Source: Chiloscyllium plagiosum
Taxonomy: Eukaryota
Direction of reading: 5' to 3'
Assembly (NCBI RefSeq): GCF_004010195.1
Contig: NC_057720.1
Location: forward strand, 18,138,425-18,178,385
DNA length: 39,961 nt
Below the pieces are notes generated by a model. The model had not been told where the DNA came from. It saw only the letters and a list, made by a program, of their open reading frames with translations, and searched no databases. The first letter of the stretch is position 1, and each line of letters begins with the position of its first letter. Made by a program: the position numbers and the translations under genes. Shown here one piece after another: positions 23,859 through 35,351 of this stretch.

Positions 23859-25710
23859 GAGAATTGACATTTCAGTCATAAACCCTTCTTCAGGAATGAG
23901 GAGGGTGTGCCAAGCAGGCTAAGATAAAAGGTAGGGAGGAGGGACTTGGGGGAGGGGTGCTAGGAATACGATAGGTGGAAGGAGGTTAAGGTGAGGGTGA
24001 TAGGCCGGAGAGGGGTTGGGGGCGGAGAGGTCGGGAAGAAGATTGCAGGTCAAGATGTAGGTAGAGTGCAGCATCTCTTATGAAAAATCCATTTGATTGC
24101 AAGTAGAAAACATGCGTGTACTTTGGTGTACATATTCCATACGTGAGGAACAAAAAAAATTAAAGCACTTCGCAAATGCACTTCTCTCTGCTTTCCAGAA
24201 CTCTCCAGGGTGAAAGATTCGTTGGAAGAAACAGGTAATTAAATATTTTTTAAACGCAGTCGAATATTGGGCAGTAAAATATATTGAGTGCTGAACAAGA
24301 AACTATTTGTTTATGGTGCAGCTCAAAGATCTTCGAAATCTAACGAATCCCCGGAAAGATAAATTATAAAAAATCTACCAAGCATTAGAAGACTGGTGAA
24401 CAGAGGAAAATTTGGGAAATGGTGACAATGAGCCAAAATCTTATCGACCATCTTCAATGGATTGTACAAACAGGGGACATTTTAAAGTATGAATTTGCCA
24501 CGAAAACTTTTTTTTTAAATCCAACACATTTGTTTCTCAAGATTTTCGGTAAATTATTTAATTACTGTATAGTAATGATGGGTGTCTCGAAGAAAAGTTA
24601 ATAATTTTGTTGAAGTGGTGTTGGTTGATGACATTCTTGAATAGTTTAATCTGTGAGACAATTATAACGTTTTTTAATCAAAATTGAGTTGTAACTATTT
24701 TAAACAAGGAAACTGAAAACAAAACTTAAACGTTTACACATAAAGATGATCAACGACCTATAATAGAATGGTAAGTTGTTTAAATATGCTGAAAACGCCT
24801 GTTGCCTTTGTATGACAAGACAAAATCTAAGTTTTAGACACATTCTCACGTCTGCATTTTTTCGTGAAGTCAATAGATATTACAATTAATAGATATTATG
24901 GAAATGCTAAACTGGTATTAGAAGAAGTGAATTGAAAGTCCATTTAGGTCTCCTGAGGAGCATGAAATTGATCATGCTGATATCGAGCTTGGTGCATTTT
25001 GTTGTAACAGGACAGTTAAGGAAAATCGAGAAAATTCAAAGACATACCATTTGGCTGGGAATGTTTTCAGATTGCAATCATATTGTTATTATAATTTCGT
25101 TACATGATAGGAACACATATGAGTCCTTCTGTTTCAAGATGCTTCTGACAGAGCAACTCATCCAATGCAGCCTTCAGTTAATAAACTGACTCAACAGCTT
25201 TGTTGTTTTATTGTCTGATATCGTTACGTGTATCGTTTGAAACAGAGATTGTGTGCACCACAGTTCAGAAATAATGTGATGGTGGTGGAAAGTGTACAAG
25301 AAGGAATCACGATAATGGTACTAAAAATTAGATACTTGTTTTAAAATTTGTCTAGACATTTGATAGGAAGGTTCCAAAACTCCCCCATCTTATTTCAGTC
25401 CCAACCCCCGGATTCAGCACCGCCCTCTTGACCTGCAATCTTCTTCCCGACCTCTCCGCCCCACCCCCTTTCCGGCCCATCACCCTCACCTTAACCTCCT
25501 TCCACTATCATATTCCCAGCACCCCTCCCCCAAGTCCCTCCTCCCTACCTTTTATCTTAGCCTGCTTGGCGCACACCCTCATTCCTGAAGAAGGGCTTAT
25601 GCCCGAAACGTCGATTCTCCTGATCCTTTGATGCTGCCTGACCTGCTGCGATTTTCCAGCAACACATCTTTAAGCACTGATCTCCAGCATCTGCAGTCCT
25701 TACTTTCTCA
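23859..25710 (+). mobile_element. Composite PLE-derived insertion: inverted pLTR arm, about 1.3 kb unrelated interior, pLTR with hammerhead
   Basis: About 200-bp inverted repeats 23855-24055 / 25426-25623; family 3' end CTGCAGTCCTTACTTTCTC; degenerate TSD GAATTATTTCTTTCAG (23843-23858) / GAATTTTTTTTTCAG (25711-25725). Confidence 0.75.
25581..25616 (+). ncRNA. Minimal hammerhead ribozyme motif (PLE-type)
   Basis: CUGAAGA core, stem II GGGC-UUAU-GCCC, GAAAC, palindromic ACGU stem III, GUC cleavage triplet at 25610-25612; stem I only about 2-3 bp. Confidence 0.75.
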
Positions 25711-26346
25711 GAATTTTTTTTTCAGCCATCATTAATATGTTCATACCTTCACTATTAAATCTTGTGCCATGGAATTCCTTACCTAAACCTCACCACTTAC
25801 CAACTTAATTTCCCTTCCCTTTCCCAAGAGCTTATTAGCCAAGCTCTCAGTTACTTCTTCCTGACAGCATTACATTTTTTCTGACTTTCTTTCTTTGATG
25901 GGCTGGAAGACAGTTTTTTAGATTAAAAGGTGTTATAACAACTTTAATGAAGTTTTTACAAAAACCCTGAATAAATCAGTATCGTAAACTATTCTAAATT
26001 GCACAGTAAAGTGTGTGGGAAAATTTAGAAATCTTACTCAGATTTGCACTTTGGTTAGACAATCATTGCAAGATACAGCATAGGAGAAGATCATTTGGTC
26101 CAGCATATCTGCAATGGATCTTTCAAACAGCTATTCAAATAATTCTTCACCCTTGCTTACTGACCATAGCCGTGCAAATGTTTCCATCTCAATCATTATC
26201 CATTCACTTCACAAAGTAGATATTGAATTGTTTTTGATAACCTTTTCGGGCATTCAATATGATCACAGCTCACTATTTCTTTCCATGTCACATCGACTTC
26301 TTATGCCAGTTGCCTTTCGTGCACCTTTTCTGGTGAATAACCCTTT

Positions 26347-27255
26347 TAGAACATAGAACATAGAAGAATACAGCGCAGTACAGGCCCTTTGGCCCTCGAT
26401 GTTGCGCCGATCCAAGCCCACCTAACCTACACGAGACCACTATCCTCCATATGCCTATCCAATGCCCGCTTAAATGCCCATAAAGAGGGAGAGTACACCA
26501 CTGCTACTGGCAGGGCATTCCATGAACTTACAACTCGCTGAGTGAAGAAAAGGTCCTAGGGAGTGTTGCTAAACAAAGAGACCTCGGAGTGCAGGTTCAT
26601 AGCTCCTTGAAAGTGGAGTTGCAGGTAGATAGGATAGTGAAGAAGGTGTTTTATTGGTCAGAGTATTAATTAGAGGAGTTGGGAGGTCATGTTGCAGCTG
26701 TACAGGACATTGGTTAGGCCNNNNNNNNNNNNNNNNNNNNNNNNNNNNNNNNNCCGCACTATTTACTTGGGTGGCAACTTTCAGAGATCTGTGTACATGG
26801 ACACCAAGATCCCTCTGCTCATCCACACTACCAAGTATCCGACCATTAGCCCAGTACCCCATCTTTTTGTTATTCTTCCCAAAGTGAATCACCTCGCACT
26901 TAGCTACATTGTATTCCATCTGCCACCTTTCTGCCCAGCTCTGCAGCTTCTCTATATCCTGCTGTAACCTGCCACATGCTTCCTCACTGTCAACAACTCC
27001 TCCGACTTTTGTGTCATCCGCAAACTTGCTCACCCAACCTTCTAACCCCTCTTCCAGGTCATTTATAAAAATGACAAACAGCAATGGTCCCAAAACAGAT
27101 CCTTGCTGAACACCGCTAGTGACGGCACTCCATGAAGAAACTTTGCCATCAACTACTACCCTCTGTCTTCTTCCATCCAGCCAATTCCTAATCCAAACCT
27201 CCAACTCACCCTCAATGCCATATCTCCGTATTTTCTGCAGTAGCCTACCATGGGG
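26347..27255 (-). mobile_element. Young CR1 LINE 3' part spanning an assembly gap, nested in an older CR1 remnant
   Basis: GVQQGSVLGPLLFVIFINDL, SKFADDTKVGG, WQMEYN; (TAGAACA)n tail at 26347. Confidence 0.88.
26721..26753. other. Assembly gap (33 N)
   Basis: Run of N characters. Confidence 1.
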
Positions 27256-28044
27256 GCTTTTGACACTGGGAATAATTTCTCCCCAATTAGTGCATTAAAA
27301 CCCTTCATGATTTTGAGCACCTCCATCAGATCTCTCCATTACTTGCTCTGTTTGAATGAGAGCAATTACATTGTGCTACCAGAGAAAGTGTAACTTAAGC
27401 CTTGGGACCATTCCAGCCTACTCATGTTAAACTAGAGATAACTCCTAAAGAGAAGTGTCCAGAACTGGATACAACACTCTGGGTTAGGGCCTTTATAAAA
27501 GGTTTAATATAACTTCTGCCCAAGGGCCTAATCACTCCTTCCAGGTTAAACATCAATTTACTTGTACTTCTTTCAAATTAGTATATTGTATTTGCTGCTC
27601 ACCAGGAGGTCACCACACTGAGCCTGCAAAACGACTATTCACCATGACTCTACTTCTTTCCCTTGTTCAGTTTTTGCATGAATGCAGCCACTGCCACATT
27701 AGTTAACAAATTGCAGCTCATGGGATTAATCATTTACAAGATGCTGTATTAAATGCTTCCAGAAAGTAAATGCATGCAACATCAGTCATGCTACCCTTCA
27801 ATCCTCTCTGTTACTTCAAAGAACTACATTGGGTTAGTTAAACACTATTTGCTATTAACAATTCCTTGCTTACTTTCAATTAGTCACCCATACTTTATCA
27901 AATATCAGTTAATTTTGACTTAGATTAATTTTTCTAGCGGTTTCTTAACAGACACATTAGGCTAACTGTTTATCTGTACGTTTATTAAAGATTTCAAGGT
28001 TCACCTTTTATCTTGCCCATTAATCTATTCTCAAACCGCCACAG

Positions 28045-28270
28045 CAGCCAGTGAAATTTGTATTAAATAAAATCTGGAAATAAAAGTTATTGTAATGACA
28101 ACCATGCAACCACGGTCCATTATTGAAAAAACCCAAATGGTTCACAAATGTCCTTCAGGGAAAGAAATATGCCATCATTACCTGATCTGGTTTACATGGG
28201 ATTCCAGATCCATGGCAATGTGGTTAACCCTTAAACTGGTCAGAGGAGCCAACATCCCAAGAATAAATAA
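28045..28270 (+). mobile_element. Decayed SINE-like repeat body and tail
   Basis: tggttcacaaatgtccttcagggaaagaaat...atggcaatgtggttaaccctt...catcccaagaataaataa resembles recalled elasmobranch SINE bodies; the tail is similar to the LINE end at about 30390-30430. Confidence 0.5.
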
Positions 28271-28923
28271 TACAATGTAGTACTAACTTACTTCTGCTGA
28301 GCTTTTTGTTCCTTTCTTTGTTCTTCCCCCGCTTTTCAGTCAGGTTGTTTTTTTTACTAAATTATGAATCAGACTTCATTGAAAGCCCTGCCTTTTGGTG
28401 TAATTTTAACACTATATCTTTATTCACTTTGGGAGCATGAGCTTTATATGATCTTCAAGTGGAAAATTTACATGCAATTGTACGAGATGGTAGCTGTTGA
28501 GTGAATGTTGCAAAATTAGTTGAAACAAAATTTCCTTTACCAAAATGATGGTAAAATTGAATGATTCAAACAGTACACTGTAAGAAGTGTGAAAACTATG
28601 CAATGAGAGCACACTTGGGGAAAGTCTTGGGTGGGAAAATTAGTTTTTTTTGTCTCTACTGAGAAGTTGATGTTATCATCATGATATCTCTGACATGACA
28701 ATGCATAACTTGCAGCATGAGATTGATCTGTACTCTGGAGATAAAGTAGCGTGCAAGAATAAACTACCACAGATCTAAATAATTGCTGTGCAATATTATA
28801 CTTTATGTTGTAGCAGAGTTCAGATGGCCATGTTAGAAAGCAAGTCAAGGGTACAAAGAATTATTTAAGAAAACTTCAATAAACACTTCTCTGAATTTTT
28901 GCAAAATTACTAAGTCATCTTAC

Positions 28924-29064
28924 CTGCCAGTGATCCTCCAAATCTTTAACTTGTTGCCGAAGTTCTTTCAGGCCCATCAATGCTTCTGCTTCTCTCAGTT
29001 TAACCCCTATAAGCTCCTCTTGCAACCTGGCCACGTTACTCTCATCAGGCAAGGAACTGTTTCT
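28924..29064 (-). CDS. EVI5: EVI5 internal coding exon (141 bp, phase 0-0): RNSSLPDESNVARLQEELIGVKLREAEALMGLKELRQQVKDLEDHWQ
   Basis: Acceptor ctattaacAG, donor GTaaga; continues in frame from the previous exon; matches the recalled EVI5 ARLQEELI.VKLREAEA.MGLKELRQQVKDLE.HWQ. Confidence 0.95.
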
Positions 29065-29689
29065 CTGTTAATAGAATCGGTTGAAAGAAACAATTTTCAG
29101 TGTGATGCCAGAATTTGGAATTGTACTGTTCCAGAAGCCCATAGATGCAGAATTCAGCAGACACGAGATACATAGTTAGTCAGGTGGTATAAGTATCATC
29201 CAGCACCAATGTGACAATATGCAAATAGCAGTAAACGCAATGGCTCAATGAGAGACCCAAGTACAGGCACAAACAAGGGCTTATCACATAATCAACACTG
29301 TTTCATAATATTCTTTGCAGTGCTGTGCCAGTTTGCTACTGAAGGCTCCCCGAGATATGATAATAGCTTAATAAGTTGATGGTTAAGTCTTCAACTTGCA
29401 CAGCAAAGGCCAAGATCACTGCAATCACTTGTTAGTAGAACTATAGTATGCTGGTGATGGACAAATTAGTGCCCATCTGAAGAACTACAACAGTTGATGT
29501 TTTCACTGAGGCCTACAAGAGCTTGGAATGTACTCTGAACATCATAAAGATGAAAGACCTCTATGAACATGAGCATACACACCAACAACATTTCAAATAT
29601 CAAACCTTCTATTAAGTTCTATGATTTCTCACTTTGCATATCTTGAAAATCATCAATTCAGTCTCTGACCTACTCTTGGAGGCACGAAA

Positions 29690-30432
29690 TATATGGAGAG
29701 TCCAGTTTTGTCTCTGGTCAATGGTAACCTCCATGGTGTTGATTGTGGGAGATTCATTGATTGTAACACCATTGAATGTCAAGAGGTCTTGACCCCCTCG
29801 CTGCAGAAAGTCATTACCTGGAAGTTGTGTGTGAACTGGACTAGACATACAGGTACTGCGACCACAGGAGCAGGTAGGTGGCCTGGAATCTTGGTGTTTA
29901 CCATGCCTCCTGACTCCCCAAAGCATGACCTTCATTTCCAAGGCACAAGTCAGTGAGATGGAATATTCCCCACTTGCTTCGATGGGTGGAGCTCCTACAA
30001 CACTCAAGGAGCTGGACACCACCCAAATAGGAGCTGGACACCACCCAAATCAAAGCAGCCTCCTGGATTGCTACTGCAACTGCAAATATGCAAACGTTTC
30101 ATCACCAACATAGCAGCATTAAGTGTATTCCATCTACAAAAGGCTACTGTACACAACGCACTACAGAAATTCACTAAGGTTCCACAGGCAGCACATTCAA
30201 AACACATGCCCATTTTTATCTAGAAGGACAATGGATGCCGTTACTTGGGAACATGATCACCGGCAAGTTCCCCTGTAAGCCACTTAGCATTAGCATTGTC
30301 GATCCACCTGCAGCAAACTGACTATAGCTTTTCAAGGTGGCAGCTCACCATCACCTTCGCAAGGGCAACTAAGGATGAGTGATAAATGTTGGCCCAGTCA
30401 GTGACCCTCCAAAGTCACAAATGAATAAAAAG
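29690..30432 (+). mobile_element. Old CR1/L2-group LINE 3' remnant (first about 140 bp inverted)
   Basis: KAQVSEMEYSPLA..GAPTTLKELD corresponds to the YKAQVRS.MEY C-terminal motif; AATGAATAAAA tail. Confidence 0.6.
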
Positions 30433-30487
30433 CATAATATTGTGGATTTCATCTTCTGTAGTTCCTCAGCATTCTACTTTTAGTAGA

Positions 30488-30790
30488 GCTGTGGCTCAGT
30501 GGTATGACCGTCACCTTTTCTCAGCTTTGAGTCATAGATCCTAATCAAGTCACAGTCCCAGAAAATAAATCTAGAGATTGGAGCATAAAAATCTCACTGA
30601 CGGTCCAAGGAAGTATAGCATTGTTAGAGGTGACATCTTCAAATGAAACCCTAAATTGCCTACTCCTCAAAGTACAAAATAAAAATCCCTATTTCAAAGA
30701 ATGACAGCTGAGTTACCTCGGATGTCCTAGTCAATATGTATTCCTCAACCAATATTCTTTTGTTTTTTGAAAATCTGGTCATTATCAAAC
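30488..30790 (+). mobile_element. tRNA-headed DeuSINE (SacSINE1-like)
   Basis: A-box-like GTGGCTCAGTGGTA head; body gaggtgacatctt...ctatttcaaaga...gtcctagtcaatatgtattcctcaacca resembles the recalled Deu domain. Confidence 0.65.
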
Positions 30791-31303
30791 TGTAATCTTG
30801 GCCTACTCCATGATGACATGTAAGCCATGATTCCTAAACAGGAATAACCATAAATCTCTATCGCGGTGAACACCAGGGTTAAACAAGGCTGTCATTATGC
30901 TGGTCTGCCCCAGGACTCAATTCCTCTTTCGTGCCAGCTCCTCATAGCCCTTGAATTCATAATCTTTCAAAAATCCATAAACTACTCTTTAAATAGTTTG
31001 TGGATCTTGCTGTGACAACTTATGGTAGAGAATTACTCATCAAGTTGTTTTGGATAATAAATGCCCTAACAAAATGCTGGTCTGTACTGTTGGGTTTGAC
31101 TGGAAAGCATTATTACTTAATTCATGCATGTGTTTCAATCGAAGTCTTAGTATCCAAACTTAGTCCTTCGCATTCAAGTTTTAACACTATGCAATCTGAA
31201 AAAATGGAAAAACAAGTTTCAGCAAATGATTTGTGGGGCTATAGATAAATGTCTGCTGCACTTTTTTTACATAAATCAAATGAATTGAATGTAATTCTGG
31301 TAC

Positions 31304-31438
31304 CTTTTCAATATCCAAGATTTTGTCCTGCATCTCTTTAAGGGCACATTGAGATTCTGCTTCTCTTAATCTTGCCTGTACTAGCTCTGTCTCCAATTGT
31401 AGAACAAAATCTTCACTGTAACGCGGGTTGCATTTATG
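31304..31438 (-). CDS. EVI5: EVI5 internal coding exon (135 bp, phase 0-0): HKCNPRYSEDFVLQLETELVQARLREAESQCALKEMQDKILDIEK
   Basis: Acceptor ttcttttatAG and donor GTacca on the minus strand; open frame. The translation matches the recalled vertebrate EVI5 coiled-coil segment (EDFVLQLE.ELVQARL.EAESQCALKEMQDK) better than EVI5L. Confidence 0.95.
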
Positions 31439-32944
31439 CTATAAAAGAACACAGCATTATAAAAATACTTCAGTGATGGTATCTGAAAATCAATATACAC
31501 CACGCGTTTACCACTTTTACAAGATTGCAACAATAGTGGAAACAGGAGTTAAGCAGGCTAATAACACCAATGAAAGTTTTAAAGTCTAGTTTTATATGAC
31601 AGTAATGGCAACAATTAAAATGTGTTAATAAACAATTACAAACTACAGCTAAGTAAAAATGGATCAAATAGGATAAGAAAATTACTTTAAGCAATCTATT
31701 TAAAATGAATTTTTAAAAATGAAGGATTTTGGTCTCATCACACAAAATACATATTTCACTGATGTAGATCTGATATACCTCAATAAAATGCTGATCTGTA
31801 TTTCAAACACTTCAGCTGTTTATGTGCCATCATTGTATATTAAATCAAACCTTTTAGCATCACATAGAAATAGGCAGATCCACTAAACAAGATGCGTTTA
31901 TTTTTGAATGTAAAACACAATGTACTGTATTCAAAATTCAAACTTTATTGTCCATGTGTTCTCAGTTCAGTTTTAGGTGCACACCTGATATTCAGACACA
32001 GCAGTTATTTCCACCACTATTGCATGTATGTACATCTAAGTCATCAAAAAACAAACAATTGGACAAAATGGGTGGACATTTAAAACACAAGATATTTTTC
32101 ACCAGTGGTCAATGGCTCCCAACCAAAGTGGTTAACTCAGCAAATCTAAACATGAGGGGCTGGCTTAATTTTTCTTCACAGTTACAATAATCGAATCATA
32201 GTTTGAGTGTCAAAGAAAATGCTTAAACTACATTGCACAATTCATAAACACCCATGTTTCAAGTGTGACCTAAGGCTGTTTCGACAGACCATTTAAGAAC
32301 GATACTGCAGGCAAGGCATTCCAATCTGCTGGTTCACTAGCATATAATCCTTTTGCATAATCACTAGCTAACATCTTCAAGCTTTCACCAACTACTTCCT
32401 TTCTACCACAGGACCAGGCTAGAATGAAGTTTTCCATTCTCTGCAACTATCATTAAACTATTAGAGGCCCAGGGGGGGCCTTTACAAGATGCTCTAAATC
32501 ACAGAGCTCATAGAAACTGAGCAAAAAATACTGAAACAATTTTTAAAAAATAGGAATATCAACAGCCCAATCTAATAAAATAATGACAAGAGAAAATCCA
32601 ATAAAAATCCATGCGGCAAGTTCCTATTATTTACTCTAAAACTTACATCTTTCAAATATAACCAAGACCCAAGAGAACACCACAACAGCCCTTGAGCCTG
32701 CTCTGCCAGTGATGGCTGACCTGTGGCCTAACTCCCGATACCCGAACTCCAGGCATGGTCTAGCTAGAGCTTGGTAGAAATCAAACATAATTTCTACCTT
32801 CTTGTAATGCACGCTAGGCCTGCAAATATAAAGAACAGCATTCCATTAGCTTTTTGATTATCTTTTGTGGCTAAGACAGACAGCTTAATGATCTGGATAT
32901 GAATCCCTCTGTTTCTGTGGACCACACTGCTTCCAATTGGGAAC

Positions 32945-35135
32945 AGATATTCTCACGAAATGCACGACAGAAATGTAGAGTTTATTTGGGGAGTACTTGC
33001 TGAGAATACTGAAAAGGTTTCTCCCACTAAGGCAGTATAGAGATGGTAGAGTGAAGGAACCTTGCATGACAAGACATATGGAACATCAAGTCAAGAGGAA
33101 GAAGGAAGCTTCGTTAAGGTTGAGGAAGCAAGGATCAGACAGGGTTCTAGAGGGTCACAGGAAGGAACTGGAGAATGGACTTAGAAGAGCTGGAAGGGGA
33201 CATGAGAAAACCTTGGTGGATAGGATTAAGGTAAACCCCAAGGATTTCTATACTTATTTAAGGAAGAACAGGATGGCCAGAGTGAGGGAAGGGCCGATCA
33301 GGAATTGTGTAGGAACTGTGCCTGGAGTTGGAGGTGGAAGGGGAGGTCTTTCATGGATACTTTGCTTCAGTGTCCACTAGTGAGAGAGATCTTGTTATTT
33401 GTGAGGACAGCGTGAAACAGGCTGATACGCTCAAAACAGGTTGATGTTAAGGAGGAGGATGTGCTGGAAATTTTGAAAAACATGAGGATAATTAAGACCC
33501 CCGGGCCAGACGGGATATACCCAAGGTTACTAATGGAAGTGAGGGAAGAGATTGCTACGCCTTTGGCAATGATCTTTCTGCCCTCACCGTCCACTGGAGT
33601 AGTGCCAGATGATTGGAGGGTGGCAAATGTTATTCCCTTGTTCAAGAAAGGGGTTTGGGACAACCCTGGGAATTACAAACCAGTCAGTCTCATGTCTGTG
33701 GTGGGCAAATTATTGGAGAGGACTTGAGACAGGATTTGTGATTATTTGGAAAACCATAGCTTGATTAGAGATAGTCAGCACGGTTTTGTGAGGGGCAGGT
33801 CATGCCTACAAGCCTTTGAGGATGTGACAAAACACACTGAAGGTAGAGCAGTGGATGTCGTGCACATGGATTTTAGCAAGAGATAGTCAGCACGGTTTTG
33901 TGAGGGGCAGGTCATGCCTACAAGCCTTGTTAAATTCTTTGAGGATGTGACAAAACACACTGAAGGTAGAGCAGTGGATGTCGTGCACATGGATTTTAGC
34001 AAGGTATTTGATAAGGTTCCCCATGGTAGGCTCATTCAGAAAGTAAGGAGGCATGAGATACAGGGAAACCTGTCTGTCTGGGTACAGAATTGGCTGTATA
34101 CAGATACAGAATATAGAAGACAGAGGATGGTAGTTGATGCAAAGTATTCAGCCTGGAGCTCAGTGACCAGTGGTGTTCTGCAACGATCCATTTGGGGTCC
34201 TCTGCTCTTTGTGATTTTTATAAGTGACTTGGATAAAGAAGTGGAAGGGTGGGTTAGTAGGTTTGCCTATGACACAAAAGGGTGGAGGAGTCATAGATAG
34301 GGCACATTCACAAGTTGTAGAGCTGGGCTGAGAAGTGGCAGATGGAGTTCAACCTGGAAAAGTCTGAAGTGATTCATTTTGGAATGTCGAATTTAAATGC
34401 AGATACAGGGCTAAAAGCAGAATTCTTGGCAGTGTGGAGGAACAGAAGGATCTTGGGATCCACGTCCATAGATCCCTCAAGGTTGCCTCCCAAGTTAATA
34501 GGGCTGTTAAGAAGGCATATGGTGTGTTGGCTTCCATTAATAGGGGGATTGAGTTTAAGAGCTCCAAGGTCATGCTGCAGCTCTATAAAGCCTTGATTAG
34601 ACCACACTTGGAATATTGTGTTCAGTTCTGGTTGCCTCATTATAGGAAGGATGTGGAAGTTTCAGGGTGGGGGTGAAACGGAGATTTTCTAGGATGCTGC
34701 CTGAATTGGAGGCATGTCTTATGAAGAAAGTTTGAGGGAGCTAGGGCTTTTCTCATTGGAGCGAAAAAGGATGAGAGATTATTTGATAGCGGTGTACAAG
34801 ATGAGGAGAGGAATTGATAGAGTGATAGCCAGAGACTTTTTCCCAGGATGGAAGTGGCTAACAAAAGGGTGCATAATTTTAAGGTGATTGATGGAAGATT
34901 TAGGGTAGATGTCAATGGTAGGTTCTTTGCTTAGAGAATGGTGGGTGCATGAAATGCACTGCCAGCAGTAGTAGTAGAGTCAGATACATTACGGACATTT
35001 AAGCAACTCTTGGGTCGGCACATGGATGATAGTAAAATGTAGGGTGTGTCAGTTAGTTTGATCTTAGAGGAGGATAAAAGGTCAGCGCAACATCAAGGAT
35101 AGAAGGGCCTGTAGCATGCTGTACTGTTCTAGGTT
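32945..35135 (+). mobile_element. 5'-truncated CR1 LINE (tether, RT, 3' end) nested in an older minus-strand CR1
   Basis: KTPGPDGIYPRLL, WRVANVIPLFKKG, DFSKVFDKVPH, LYKALIRPHLEYCVQFW; 3' end gtactgttcta. Confidence 0.93.
33767..34001 (+). repeat. Tandem duplication (112 bp and 123 bp) within the CR1 RT
   Basis: Copies 33767-33878 and 33879-34001 are identical except for an 11-bp segment (TTGTTAAATTC) absent from copy 1. Confidence 0.9.
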
Positions 35136-35351
35136 ATCATTTAGATAGTACCCCGTTTTAACCCAGATGACCTCTTATTTGACTACATTGAAATCTATTT
35201 GCCATTCTTTTGTCCGTTCACTTACTCGAACACTTTTTTTTCCACTTAAAGTTTCTATCTGCACTGCTTTCAATGTGAATTATTTTTTTTTTAACCAGAG
35301 GCAAATTTGGACCAGTGAATTTAGATTCCATCAGCTAGGCCATTAACAAAT

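Noticed and set aside
30488..30560. tRNA gene (also the head at about 36230-36305)
   Set aside because: Degenerate SINE heads with no complete cloverleaf.
31187..31396. 69-aa ORF as a standalone gene
   Set aside because: It is part of the EVI5 exon read through its GT donor at 31303 into the intron.
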